Part shown: positions 16,990-25,975 of the stretch, piece after piece | Layout of the letters: every line of letters starts with the position of its first letter | How positions within the stretch are numbered: the stretch's first letter is position 1 | From: a virus | Taxonomy: Duplodnaviria; Heunggongvirae; Uroviricota; Caudoviricetes | Length of the DNA: 34,163 nucleotides | Direction: 5' to 3' (one strand) | IMG/VR virus record: IMGVR_UViG_3300025288_001461 | Position numbers and translations under genes: made by a program | Notes under the pieces: generated by a model | What the model saw: the letters and a program-made list of their open reading frames with translations, nothing else | Databases searched by the model: none | What the model was told of the DNA's origin: nothing

Positions 16990-19854
16990 TTATTCTACTA
17001 CATCTTCTTCTTCAATAAAAATTGTTTCAGGAGTATTGCTTTGAATAAAGTTTTTAACATTTGCAAAATCAATAATGGTTCTTTGTTTAAATTCATTTAC
17101 CATAGAATTAAAAGAATCAAAACAAAGTTTTTTAAATTCATTAATTGGGTTTTTTTGAGCTAATGAACTAAATGCAACATTTTGTCTTGAATCATCTACG
17201 AAAACAAGATGGTCAATCCATTTTTTATCTAGCTCCCTAATTGAAATATAATTAAGATTATCAAAAACTTCTAATTCGTGAGTGCGTATAATTGTTGAAA
17301 TCTTGGCTTCAATAATATCAATTAGATTTGGTTTAATAGTTTTCATATTGTTATATGGTCGTTCATTTAAAAAGTTTTCACTATACCTATTTATTTCTTC
17401 AATAGGAAAATCAAGAACAGTATTAAGCAAAGTCTTTGAATCATCTATACCTAATTTTAATTTTTCATCCATAAAATCAATAAAGTCATCATGAGCAAGA
17501 GGTAGCATCATATCAAATAAGGCAGATTGTAATATTCCTTTAATTGTATTTGAATCTTCAAGTAAAGCATTGCGTAATTTCAAAAATTGTCTTCTGCCTT
17601 CATCGGCAATACTATCATATTGAAATGTATCTTTTCTAGAATTAAAATGATGTGACTCAATACTTCTTTGTGCTTTAGCAAATGCTTTTGTAACCATTGG
17701 TGATGAAATTGCTTCATTAGGAGGAAGTGTTTTAGCTAAGTGATTAAAGATTGGATTCTTACCAAAGATATTAACCCAAGGGTCCTCAATACTAAGATAA
17801 AAACATCCCTCACCAGGATCTCCTTGTCTTCCTGCTCTGCCTCTTAATTGGTCATCAATTCTTCTAGATTCATTTCTAGAACTACCTAAAACAAACAGTC
17901 CACCAAGAGAAATAACATGTTCTCTCCACTTTTGACTAGAAGACTCAACAATGGTTATTTGTTTGACTACACTTCTTTCAAGTATAGCTAAATGATGTTT
18001 TATAAAATATAAACCTTGTTGTAATATTCCTGGGATATGTTCAGAATTATATAGATAACCAATTTGTTCTTGAACTTCATTGTGATCAATGTGAGCATTA
18101 GAAAGTTTAATTAATTCTTCTTCTGAAACATTTTCTTCATGATTAATTTCGTTTCCATCTGAATCTTTATTTAGATTGAGTTGTTCAATAAGAGAGTAAA
18201 AAAATAATCTTCTTTCTGTAATTGAAGTAAGTTGTTCATTTAATATTCCTAATAGAGCATCTTTATTTCCACCTAAAATAATATCTGTTCCTCGTCCTGC
18301 CATACTAGTAGAAACAGTCACAGCAAATGGTTGACCCGCTTGAGCAATAATTTGTGCTTCTCTAAAGTTATTTTTTGCATTCAAAACATGATGTGGAATT
18401 TTTTTATTTTTTAATAGTTCACTAATTATTTCTGATTCTGAAACACTTGTTGTTCCAATTAAAATTGGTTGACCATTACTATGTCTAGTGTAAATGTCGT
18501 CAATAATGCCTTGATATTTTGCATTAAGATTAAGATATATTTTATCATTATGATCTTTACGAATCATTTTTTTGTTTGTTGGAATTTGAAGAGTATTTGT
18601 ATTATAAATTTGTTCAAATTCTTCACTGCTATTCATTACTGTTCCACTCATTCCAGAAATCTTTACATAGTTTCTAAAGTAATTTTGAATAGATATACTT
18701 CCAAGAGTCATGGTTTCTGGATTTATTTCAACACTTTCTTTAACTTCAATTGCTTGATGTAACCCATTAGACCATGTTCTTCCTTGAGATAATCTTCCGG
18801 TATTTTGGTCAACAATAATAATTTCGTTTTCACTAACAATATAATCTTTATCTTTAATATAACAATATTCAGCTTTTAATGCATTTAAAACTTCATGTAT
18901 AATCCAAGAATTATGATTTTGATAAAGGGAAGATAAGTGCTGTTGTAGTGTGTTGTGTTCTATATCTATCGTAATTAGGGCATTTTGAAGAGCAAGTTTT
19001 TCAAGGGTTATATATCCTTCTTCACTTAAGTAAACAGTTTTAAATTTATCATCAACCCAAAAATCACCAGGTGGAATTTCTTCTAAATCAAGAAAACTAT
19101 CACTAGGAGCTTTAGCCATTTTAGTTAATTGTTTAGATATGTCTTTAATCATAATATACATTGAAAATTCTTTAGCTGGTGCTTCACCAGAAATAATTAA
19201 AGGTGTTCTGGCTTCATCAATTAAAATAAAATCAGCCTCATCAATAATAGCTTTAACATTGTCAAAATTTAATGGTTGTATTTTTTCATCAAGAGAATAA
19301 ACTAAGTTATCACGCAAAAAATCAAACCCTAACTCTTGTGCTGTAGAATAAAGAACATCAGCTTTATATGATTCTTTCTTTTGGTGTTTTTCCATTTTAG
19401 ACGAACATGAGCTACTAGAAATCCCAAGGAAAGAATAAAGTTCGGCTAGTGTTTGTTGGTCACGTTGTGCTAAATAGTCATTAGCTGTTGCAACATGAGT
19501 AGAATATCCAAGCACAAAATTAGCAGCTACAGCAGCACTACAAGTTAAAGTTTTACCTTCACCTGTTTTCATTTCTGCTATACATCCATCTACAAGTGCA
19601 AGAGCACCTATAAGTTGAACATCATAATAAGAGATGCCAAGAATATGTTGAGATGCTTTTCTTGAAATCGCCAGAGCATGTAATATTTTTTCTTTATTAC
19701 TTATTGCTGTTGTATTTTTAATGTCTAAAAGTTTATCTTTTAAATTAGAAGGAAGAACATGATTGTATATTGTTTCTTCAAAATAATGTATTTTTTTAAT
19801 TAAAGAATCATATTTCTTTAGGTTTTTTTGATTGAAAAATTGAGTAAGGTTCAT
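16990..19854 (-). CDS. secA: Preprotein translocase ATPase SecA (divergent, no C-terminal zinc-binding tail)
   Basis: EMKTGEGKT, ATANDYLAQRD, ELGFDFLRDN, IIDEADFILIDEARTPLIISG, GRTWSNGLHQAIEVKE, MAGRGTDIILGG, ESRRIDDQLRGRAGRQGDPG. Confidence 0.97.
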   Translation of the reverse strand: MNLTQFFNQKNLKKYDSLIKKIHYFEETIYNHVLPSNLKDKLLDIKNTTAISNKEKILHALAISRKASQHILGISYYDVQLIGALALVDGCIAEMKTGEGKTLTCSAAVAANFVLGYSTHVATANDYLAQRDQQTLAELYSFLGISSSSCSSKMEKHQKKESYKADVLYSTAQELGFDFLRDNLVYSLDEKIQPLNFDNVKAIIDEADFILIDEARTPLIISGEAPAKEFSMYIMIKDISKQLTKMAKAPSDSFLDLEEIPPGDFWVDDKFKTVYLSEEGYITLEKLALQNALITIDIEHNTLQQHLSSLYQNHNSWIIHEVLNALKAEYCYIKDKDYIVSENEIIIVDQNTGRLSQGRTWSNGLHQAIEVKESVEINPETMTLGSISIQNYFRNYVKISGMSGTVMNSSEEFEQIYNTNTLQIPTNKKMIRKDHNDKIYLNLNAKYQGIIDDIYTRHSNGQPILIGTTSVSESEIISELLKNKKIPHHVLNAKNNFREAQIIAQAGQPFAVTVSTSMAGRGTDIILGGNKDALLGILNEQLTSITERRLFFYSLIEQLNLNKDSDGNEINHEENVSEEELIKLSNAHIDHNEVQEQIGYLYNSEHIPGILQQGLYFIKHHLAILERSVVKQITIVESSSQKWREHVISLGGLFVLGSSRNESRRIDDQLRGRAGRQGDPGEGCFYLSIEDPWVNIFGKNPIFNHLAKTLPPNEAISSPMVTKAFAKAQRSIESHHFNSRKDTFQYDSIADEGRRQFLKLRNALLEDSNTIKGILQSALFDMMLPLAHDDFIDFMDEKLKLGIDDSKTLLNTVLDFPIEEINRYSENFLNERPYNNMKTIKPNLIDIIEAKISTIIRTHELEVFDNLNYISIRELDKKWIDHLVFVDDSRQNVAFSSLAQKNPINEFKKLCFDSFNSMVNEFKQRTIIDFANVKNFIQSNTPETIFIEEEDVVE

Positions 19855-19860
19855 TTATGG

Positions 19861-19918
19861 CTCCATATAAGTTTGTTTTTGTTTTGAAAGTAAATTTTTA
19901 AAAAACACTTATATGGAA
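19861..19918 (-). promoter_or_regulatory. mRNA hairpin sequestering the secA Shine-Dalgarno
   Basis: Perfect 10-bp inverted repeat TCCATATAAG (19862-19871) / CTTATATGGA (19908-19917), extendable by about 7 bp across a 2-nt bulge. The 5' arm holds the upstream ORF's stop and the 3' arm holds UAUGGAG, 6 nt before the secA ATG. Confidence 0.75.
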
Positions 19919-20328
19919 TAGGAATAAAAATATATTTTATAGTAGTTGGAATGAAATATTTTATTAATTGATTTTATTTTATAAAAAATATTTTTTTGTA
20001 TTTTTAGTTTAAGATTTAAAAAATAAGTAAATATTTTACTTAATTTGATTTTATTTAGTGTGTGTTTCTTTTGTAATTTTTTAGCTAATACTAAAGAAGA
20101 AAGAAGAATAAATAAGGTTTTCACTAAATTTAAATATTCAAAAAATTCTTTTTCAGTAGATTTTTCTGTAATATTAATTGATTTTATAGGTGAATTTAGT
20201 TTTATATTTTCACTATAAGAATCATGTTTTATATAGCTTTCTGAATTAATAGCTCCACCAAAAAACAAATAAATATTTGTTAGCATCAGTGATGGAAAAA
20301 GTAAAGCTCTTTTGAGTGTTATGTTCAT
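19909..20328 (-). CDS. secA leader ORF (139 aa) with a signal-peptide-like N-terminus, a second hydrophobic helix and a basic tail
   Basis: ATG 20328: MNITLKR-ALLFPSLMLTNIYLFFGGA, then LVKTLFILLSSLVLA. The extra 15 codons in the ORF track overlap the promoter. Confidence 0.6.
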   Translation of the reverse strand: MNITLKRALLFPSLMLTNIYLFFGGAINSESYIKHDSYSENIKLNSPIKSINITEKSTEKEFFEYLNLVKTLFILLSSLVLAKKLQKKHTLNKIKLSKIFTYFLNLKLKIQKNIFYKIKSINKIFHSNYYKIYFYSYSI

Positions 20329-20333
20329 TTTAA

Positions 20334-20363
20334 AATTTATACAAAAAATCAAAAAAAAGTCAA
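20334..20363 (-). promoter_or_regulatory. sigma70-type promoter giving a probable leaderless mRNA
   Basis: TTGACT (20363-20358), 18 nt, TAAATT (20339-20334), then 5 nt to ATG 20328. No SD present. Confidence 0.55.
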
Positions 20364-20540
20364 ATAAAAACAAAATTTGACTTTTAAAATATGAAAGTCT
20401 GTTACAGTGTGATTTTTTTTATATATAGTAACGGTGTTATTTCTAGTTTTGAGTTTTTTAAACTTTTTCATCATAATTAGTTATTTTAATAAATGTAGTG
20501 ATTTAAGTAGCTAATAAATTGTGTGATTAAGGTGTATTTA

Positions 20541-20569
20541 TTGACTAAAAATTGTTTTATATATATAAT
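20541..20569 (+). promoter_or_regulatory. sigma70-type promoter of the Ter biosynthetic operon
   Basis: TTGACT (20541-20546), 17 nt, TATAAT (20564-20569). AGGAG SD before ATG 20593. Confidence 0.8.
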
Positions 20570-20592
20570 ATTATGATATTTAGGAGAAAATA

Positions 20593-21900
20593 ATGATATT
20601 CCAAAAAGGTCAAAAGGCAAAAATTCAAGATTTAGGTGTAGGTGAATCATTTGTTGTTAAGTGTTATATTAAAACTAACTTATCTATTGATATGACTTGT
20701 TTTGGTGTTGATGAAAATAACAAATTAAGTGATGATAGATATATGATTTTTTATAATCAAAAGGCATCTCCAGGTGGTGAAGTTAAGCTAACAAAAGATT
20801 CTCCAGATACAGAATTCCAAGTATCATTAAGTAATTTACCTTCTTCAATTGTTAAATTATTTTTTACTGCAGCAATTGATGGAAGTCAGACAATGAATCA
20901 AATAAGTTCTTTAGATTTTGCTATTGGAGAACACACATTTAATTTAACTGGTTCTGATTTTAATCAAGAAAAAGCAATTATTATTGCAGAAATATATAAA
21001 AAAGATGGTGTATGGCGGGTTGGAGCAGTAGGCCAGGGATTTAATGGTGGCTTAAATGCTTTACTAACTTATTTCGGTGGAGAAGTGGCTGAAGAAAAGA
21101 AGGAAAGTCCTCCAATAAAATTATCTACTGTTGATTTAAATAAGAAAGTTTTCTTGGAAAAAAGAATAAATTTAGAAAAATCTTTAGAAACAAGTTCTCC
21201 GAAATTATTAAATTTATCTAAGAAAGCGGCTATATCTCTAGAGAAAAAAGGTCTTGGTGAACATAAGGCTAAGGTTGCATTATGCTTAGATATATCTGGC
21301 TCTATGGCAAAAATTTATGCTAGTGGAGCAATTCAAGAATTTGCAGAAAGAATTTTAGCATTAGGGTGTAGGCTTGATGATGATGGAAGTATTGATGTTT
21401 TCTTGTTTGGTGAAAATGGCTATCAACCTAATGCATTAACTGTAACAGATTTTCCTGGATATGTTACAAGAATGTTAAAGGTAAATAAATTAGAAGGTGA
21501 TACTAAATATTCAAAAGCAATGGAATTAGTAAGAAAATTTTATACCCCATCATATAAATATGAGAGGTCTGAGCCTCTATGTTTAGATACTCCAATATAC
21601 ATTATGTTTTTAACTGATGGTCAACCTTCAGATAAAATGGCGGCTACAAAAGCTTTAAAAAATGCATCATATGAGCCAATATTTTGGCAATTCATGGGAA
21701 TTAAAGGTGGTGGTTTTTCTACTCCAGATTTTAGTTACCTAGAGAAGTTGGATGACTTAGAGGGGCGTTATGTTGATAATGCTGATTTTTTTAGTGTTGG
21801 AAATATAGCAGAAATAAGTGATGATGTTCTTTATGAAAAATTAATGAACGAATATCCAAACTGGTTAAAAGAGGCAAAGATTAAAGGTTTATTAGCGTAA
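20593..21900 (+). CDS. TerD-domain plus vWA (TerF C-terminal type) protein
   Basis: TerD-like N-domain (DDRYMIFYNQKASPGGEV, AEIYKKDGVWRVGAVGQGFNGGL). vWA MIDAS motifs LDISGSM, GDT, FLTDG, then PIFWQFMG and DNADFF. Confidence 0.9.
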   Translation: MIFQKGQKAKIQDLGVGESFVVKCYIKTNLSIDMTCFGVDENNKLSDDRYMIFYNQKASPGGEVKLTKDSPDTEFQVSLSNLPSSIVKLFFTAAIDGSQTMNQISSLDFAIGEHTFNLTGSDFNQEKAIIIAEIYKKDGVWRVGAVGQGFNGGLNALLTYFGGEVAEEKKESPPIKLSTVDLNKKVFLEKRINLEKSLETSSPKLLNLSKKAAISLEKKGLGEHKAKVALCLDISGSMAKIYASGAIQEFAERILALGCRLDDDGSIDVFLFGENGYQPNALTVTDFPGYVTRMLKVNKLEGDTKYSKAMELVRKFYTPSYKYERSEPLCLDTPIYIMFLTDGQPSDKMAATKALKNASYEPIFWQFMGIKGGGFSTPDFSYLEKLDDLEGRYVDNADFFSVGNIAEISDDVLYEKLMNEYPNWLKEAKIKGLLA

Positions 21901-21926
21901 TTTAGAAAATATTAAATAAGGAATTT

Positions 21927-23012
21927 ATGAAAAAAGTAATTTGGTTTATGAAGGGGTATGCAAATCTTTATCATGCTATTGCAGATATTAAAAGTGCAGA
22001 TATTGAGTCTCAATTTGAAGTCTTGTGCACACATGAAAATAAGGGATTTGTTGGTTTTGAAAGTGCTGATTTTTTTGAAATAGAACCACAATGCTCAGAT
22101 GAGAATTTTATTAAATTTTGTCTTGATATGGTTATGAAGTATAAAGTTAATGTTATTTTTGCTTCACAACGGCAAGGTCTTTTGATTAAAAATAAGCAAA
22201 AATTTCGTGCATTAGGTGCAGAAGTTGTAACTGTTGCAAATGAAAAAATGATTAATAGTATTAATAATAAGAGTAAATTATATACAATGCTAAAGGGTAA
22301 TTCTGTTGTAAAAATACCAACATTTAAAAGTTTTGGAACAAGTAAAGAATTTAATAAAACTTATGATGAATTAAGAAAAATACACAAACAATTGTGTATA
22401 AAGCCATTACAGGGTGTATATGGTGTTGGTTTTTATGTTCTTAAAGAAAGCACAGATCAATTAAAAAACCAACTTTCACAATCTCAAATATGGTCAGTTA
22501 AAGGTTTTAAAAAAAGCATAAAAAATAGAGTCTTTAAAAAGATGATGTTAATGCAATTTTTAGAAGGAAATGAAAGAAGTGTAGATTGTGTAGCTTATCA
22601 TGGGGATTTAATAGGTGGTGTTATTCGTAAAAAATTAAGTAGCAAATTGCCACAAGTAATTGAAGATAATCCTAAATTAATAGAGCAGGTTAAGTGGTTA
22701 ACAAAGAGATTAAATTTAAACGGTATGTATAATATTCAGTTTAGAGATTGTAATGGTGAACATTATTTATTAGAAATTAATACTCGTCTTTCTGGTCGTT
22801 CATTTTATGCTACAATGGCTGGTCTAAATTTACCTTATGTGGCAAGTTTGGTTTTTAGTGGACTCAAGAAGCCAGAAGAAATTATTTTCAAAGTGGATAA
22901 AGGAATGTTGATTTCGGCCGTTACTAAAGGGATAGTAATAAAGAATAAACTACTTTCTAATTTAGCTAATTCTATGGATATGCCTGTTGTAAATAAAAAT
23001 GAAAGTGAATAA
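21927..23012 (+). CDS. Ter-associated ATP-grasp protein
   Basis: NNKSKLY, CIKPLQGVYGVGF, LMQFLEGNERSVDC, YNIQFR, LLEINTRLSG. Confidence 0.9.
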   Translation: MKKVIWFMKGYANLYHAIADIKSADIESQFEVLCTHENKGFVGFESADFFEIEPQCSDENFIKFCLDMVMKYKVNVIFASQRQGLLIKNKQKFRALGAEVVTVANEKMINSINNKSKLYTMLKGNSVVKIPTFKSFGTSKEFNKTYDELRKIHKQLCIKPLQGVYGVGFYVLKESTDQLKNQLSQSQIWSVKGFKKSIKNRVFKKMMLMQFLEGNERSVDCVAYHGDLIGGVIRKKLSSKLPQVIEDNPKLIEQVKWLTKRLNLNGMYNIQFRDCNGEHYLLEINTRLSGRSFYATMAGLNLPYVASLVFSGLKKPEEIIFKVDKGMLISAVTKGIVIKNKLLSNLANSMDMPVVNKNESE

Positions 23013-24141
23013 AATGAAAGTAACATTACCATCTGGTGATTTAGTTTTGAATGTAGAAAGCACAGAAATTCACATTGATGAATTGTGTGGTTTTGCTTGT
23101 CGTCAAAATCCAAAGAGGGGGTTTTTGTTTGTAAGTAAAATTCTAGGAAAACACTATCCTGTCAAGCCTTCAATTATGAAAAAATCATATGAAATTTTAT
23201 CTGAAAAGGTAAGGAATAAGGTTAAGACAAAAGAACCTATGTTGTTTCTTGGGTTTGCTGAAACAGCAACTGGACTTGGGGCAGGTTTATTTGAATCATG
23301 GAATAATGAAAATAAACAAGAATCTTTATACCTTCATACCACAAGATATGAATTTGAAAAAGAAGTTTTATTTAGGTTTCATGAAGAGCATAGTCATGCT
23401 ACGGCCCATATTGTTTATAAGCCAGATAATGATTTTAATTTAGGGAAATATAAAACATTAGTTTTGATTGATGATGAAATGACAACAGGTAAAACTGCAA
23501 TGAATTTTATAGAAAAATTCATTAAGCTAGATGGGTGCTCTATAAATAAAATTATAGTTGTTTGTCTTAAAAATTGGATGTCAGAAAGTGCCTGCGAACT
23601 ATTTAAAAAAAGTCTACCTTCATGTGATGTTGAATTTATACATATATTAAAGGGTAATTATGAGTTTATTAAAAATGAAAACTATGTTTGCACAGAGATG
23701 CCAAAAGTTGATTCAAATGGAGTAAAGAAAGATTTTTTAATTGATAGAAACTATGGTCGTTTTGGCTTAGGGAATATTCCTAAATATAATTTTGATTCAA
23801 TATTGAGTGGTGTTACTGGAAAAAAAATACTAGTTCTTGGAACAGGTGAATTTTCTTATTTCCCATATAAGATTGCAGAGTTTTTGGAAAATAATGGAAT
23901 AGATGTTGTATATCAATCAACGACTCGATCACCAATTTTATTAGGTGGAATTATTACTGAGAAAATTGAATTTAAAGATAACTATGGAGAGAATATTAGT
24001 AATTTTGTTTATAATGTAAGCAAGGAAAAATATGACGAAATTTTAATTTGTTACGAAACAAATGAGAAATTTAATTTTGATCTAGATAAAAAGATTAATG
24101 CTAAAAATATCTTTTTTAAAGATTTGGAGTTAATTGAATGA
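22999..24141 (+). CDS. Ter-associated phosphoribosyltransferase with TRSP domain
   Basis: RQNPKRGFLFVSKILGKH, GFAETATGLG, EEHSHAT.H, LIDDEMTTGKT (PRPP loop), QSTTRSPI. Confidence 0.9.
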   Translation: MKVNKMKVTLPSGDLVLNVESTEIHIDELCGFACRQNPKRGFLFVSKILGKHYPVKPSIMKKSYEILSEKVRNKVKTKEPMLFLGFAETATGLGAGLFESWNNENKQESLYLHTTRYEFEKEVLFRFHEEHSHATAHIVYKPDNDFNLGKYKTLVLIDDEMTTGKTAMNFIEKFIKLDGCSINKIIVVCLKNWMSESACELFKKSLPSCDVEFIHILKGNYEFIKNENYVCTEMPKVDSNGVKKDFLIDRNYGRFGLGNIPKYNFDSILSGVTGKKILVLGTGEFSYFPYKIAEFLENNGIDVVYQSTTRSPILLGGIITEKIEFKDNYGENISNFVYNVSKEKYDEILICYETNEKFNFDLDKKINAKNIFFKDLELIE

Positions 24142-24875
24142 TAATTTTTACTGATATTGATGATACTTTGATGAAAACATCAAGAAAAATAGACCAAGAT
24201 GTATCAACATTAACCGTAGGAGCTTTAAATAAAAAAGGTAAACCGAATTCATACATTGAAAAAAAACGAGAAAAATTAATTATTGAACTAATTAATAAAT
24301 CTATTTCTATTCCTGTATCGGCAAGGTCTATTGTTGGTTTAAGTAATCTTAAGATTAAATTTAACCACCATGCAATTTTAAATTTTGGTGCAACAATTTT
24401 AAATAAAAATAAATTATTAATGAATAGTTGGAATAAAATTATATCACTCAAATCTAGGGAGCTAAAACAAGAAGTTATATTTAATAAAATAAATATTTTA
24501 TTTGGTCTTATCCTAGAAGATTTTGAGTGTAAAATTGCATACGAAGATAAATTGTGTGTGTATATGAATTTTCGTGATAATGAACAAGAGAAAGATAAAT
24601 TAAATTTATTAAGAGTAAATTTGGAATCTTTTTTAAGAGAAGAAGGATGGTTGGATAAGTTTTATTTTTATCAAACAGATAGAGATTTGTCCATTATTCC
24701 AACTTTTATAAGAAAAGAACATGCCGTATCATATTTGATTGAAAAGGTATATTCTAAAGAAGATTTAATAATTGGCTTGGGTGATCATAAAAATGATTTA
24801 TCTTTCATGTCTGTGTGTGATTTTGCTCTCATGCCAACAGACAGTATGTTAATGAAAATGTTAAAAGAGGGATAA
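24138..24875 (+). CDS. HAD-superfamily phosphatase (Ter cluster)
   Basis: IFTDIDDT (motif I), VSAR (II), K (III), GLGDHKND (IV). ATGA overlap with the upstream gene. Confidence 0.9.
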   Translation: MIIFTDIDDTLMKTSRKIDQDVSTLTVGALNKKGKPNSYIEKKREKLIIELINKSISIPVSARSIVGLSNLKIKFNHHAILNFGATILNKNKLLMNSWNKIISLKSRELKQEVIFNKINILFGLILEDFECKIAYEDKLCVYMNFRDNEQEKDKLNLLRVNLESFLREEGWLDKFYFYQTDRDLSIIPTFIRKEHAVSYLIEKVYSKEDLIIGLGDHKNDLSFMSVCDFALMPTDSMLMKMLKEG

Positions 24876-24877
24876 AT

Positions 24878-25963
24878 ATGTTTAGTGGTTCATATGAAGA
24901 TAATGATGTTCAATTTTTATTGAAAAAAATTAATATATCATCAACGAGTGTTGAGGATAAAGAGCAGAAGATTCAAAAGGAAAGTGGACATTATAGTGAA
25001 ATGATTACTCATGAAAACCCACCAACAAAAGAATATATGAATATTTTTTATGATGCGGTAAAACAAAATGGTGAGAAGTTTTCTTATCATTTGTGGTTAT
25101 TATCTAAAAAGATTGAATTGGATTATGTTAAGGAAAAAGAAATTGTCATTGTTTCTTTAGCTAGAGCAGGAACTCCAATTGGGGTTTTACTAACAAAAAT
25201 TTTAAGATTTTATTATGATAAAAAGATAAGTCATTACAGTGTTTCAATTATTAGAGATAAGGGTATTGATGTAAATGCTATTGCTCATATAATTAAAAAA
25301 CATAAAGATACAAATATTGTTTTTGTTGATGGGTGGACAGGTAAAGGTGTTATTGGAGAAGAATTAAAAAGTAGTATAAATAACATAAATAAAGATAAAG
25401 ATACAAATATATCTTCTAATTTATATGTTGTAGCAGATATTTCAGGAACAGCTTATTGGTCAGCAACACATGAAGACTATTTATTGCCATCAGCAGTATT
25501 AAATTCAACAGTTTCTGGATTAGTAAGTAGAACAATATTAAATAAAGATTATATTTTTGAAGGAGATTTTCATGGATGTATTTACTATGAGCATATGAAA
25601 GAAAATGATGTTTCAGTTTGGTTTATTAACGAAATTGTTAAAATAATTAAAAATAAAGAAAAAAATTATATATTTGTAGATAATATCTTATCAAATAAGG
25701 ATGAGCTTCGCCATAAAAGCAATTTATTATTAAAGTTTTTTATGGATAAATTTAATTTTAGTGATAGGAATTTCATTAAACCAGGTGTTGGTGAGTCAAC
25801 TCGTGTGTTATTACGTAGGCTGCCAAAAGAGATATGGATTAAAGATGAAACAGATACATCTTTAAAACATTTAATTTATTTGGCGAAAAGTAAATCAATT
25901 AAAGTACATATTGATAGTAATTTAAGTTATAATGCTGTTTCAATTATTGAAGAATTAGATTAA
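24878..25963 (+). CDS. StiP-like protein (Ter-associated PRTase plus PELOTA-like domain)
   Basis: FSGSY, HYSEM...E..P, LVSLARAGTP.G, HYSVSIIRD.GID, FVDGWTGKG, DYLLPSA.LNSTVSGLVSRT, IKPGVGESTRVLLRR. Confidence 0.9.
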   Translation: MFSGSYEDNDVQFLLKKINISSTSVEDKEQKIQKESGHYSEMITHENPPTKEYMNIFYDAVKQNGEKFSYHLWLLSKKIELDYVKEKEIVIVSLARAGTPIGVLLTKILRFYYDKKISHYSVSIIRDKGIDVNAIAHIIKKHKDTNIVFVDGWTGKGVIGEELKSSINNINKDKDTNISSNLYVVADISGTAYWSATHEDYLLPSAVLNSTVSGLVSRTILNKDYIFEGDFHGCIYYEHMKENDVSVWFINEIVKIIKNKEKNYIFVDNILSNKDELRHKSNLLLKFFMDKFNFSDRNFIKPGVGESTRVLLRRLPKEIWIKDETDTSLKHLIYLAKSKSIKVHIDSNLSYNAVSIIEELD

Positions 25964-25975
25964 TTTTTAGGAGAA

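Noticed and set aside
20329-20373. N-terminal 15 codons of the 154-aa ORF in the track (MFLFDFFLIFCINFK)
   Set aside because: This stretch is the -35/-10 promoter itself. ATG 20328 is the better start.
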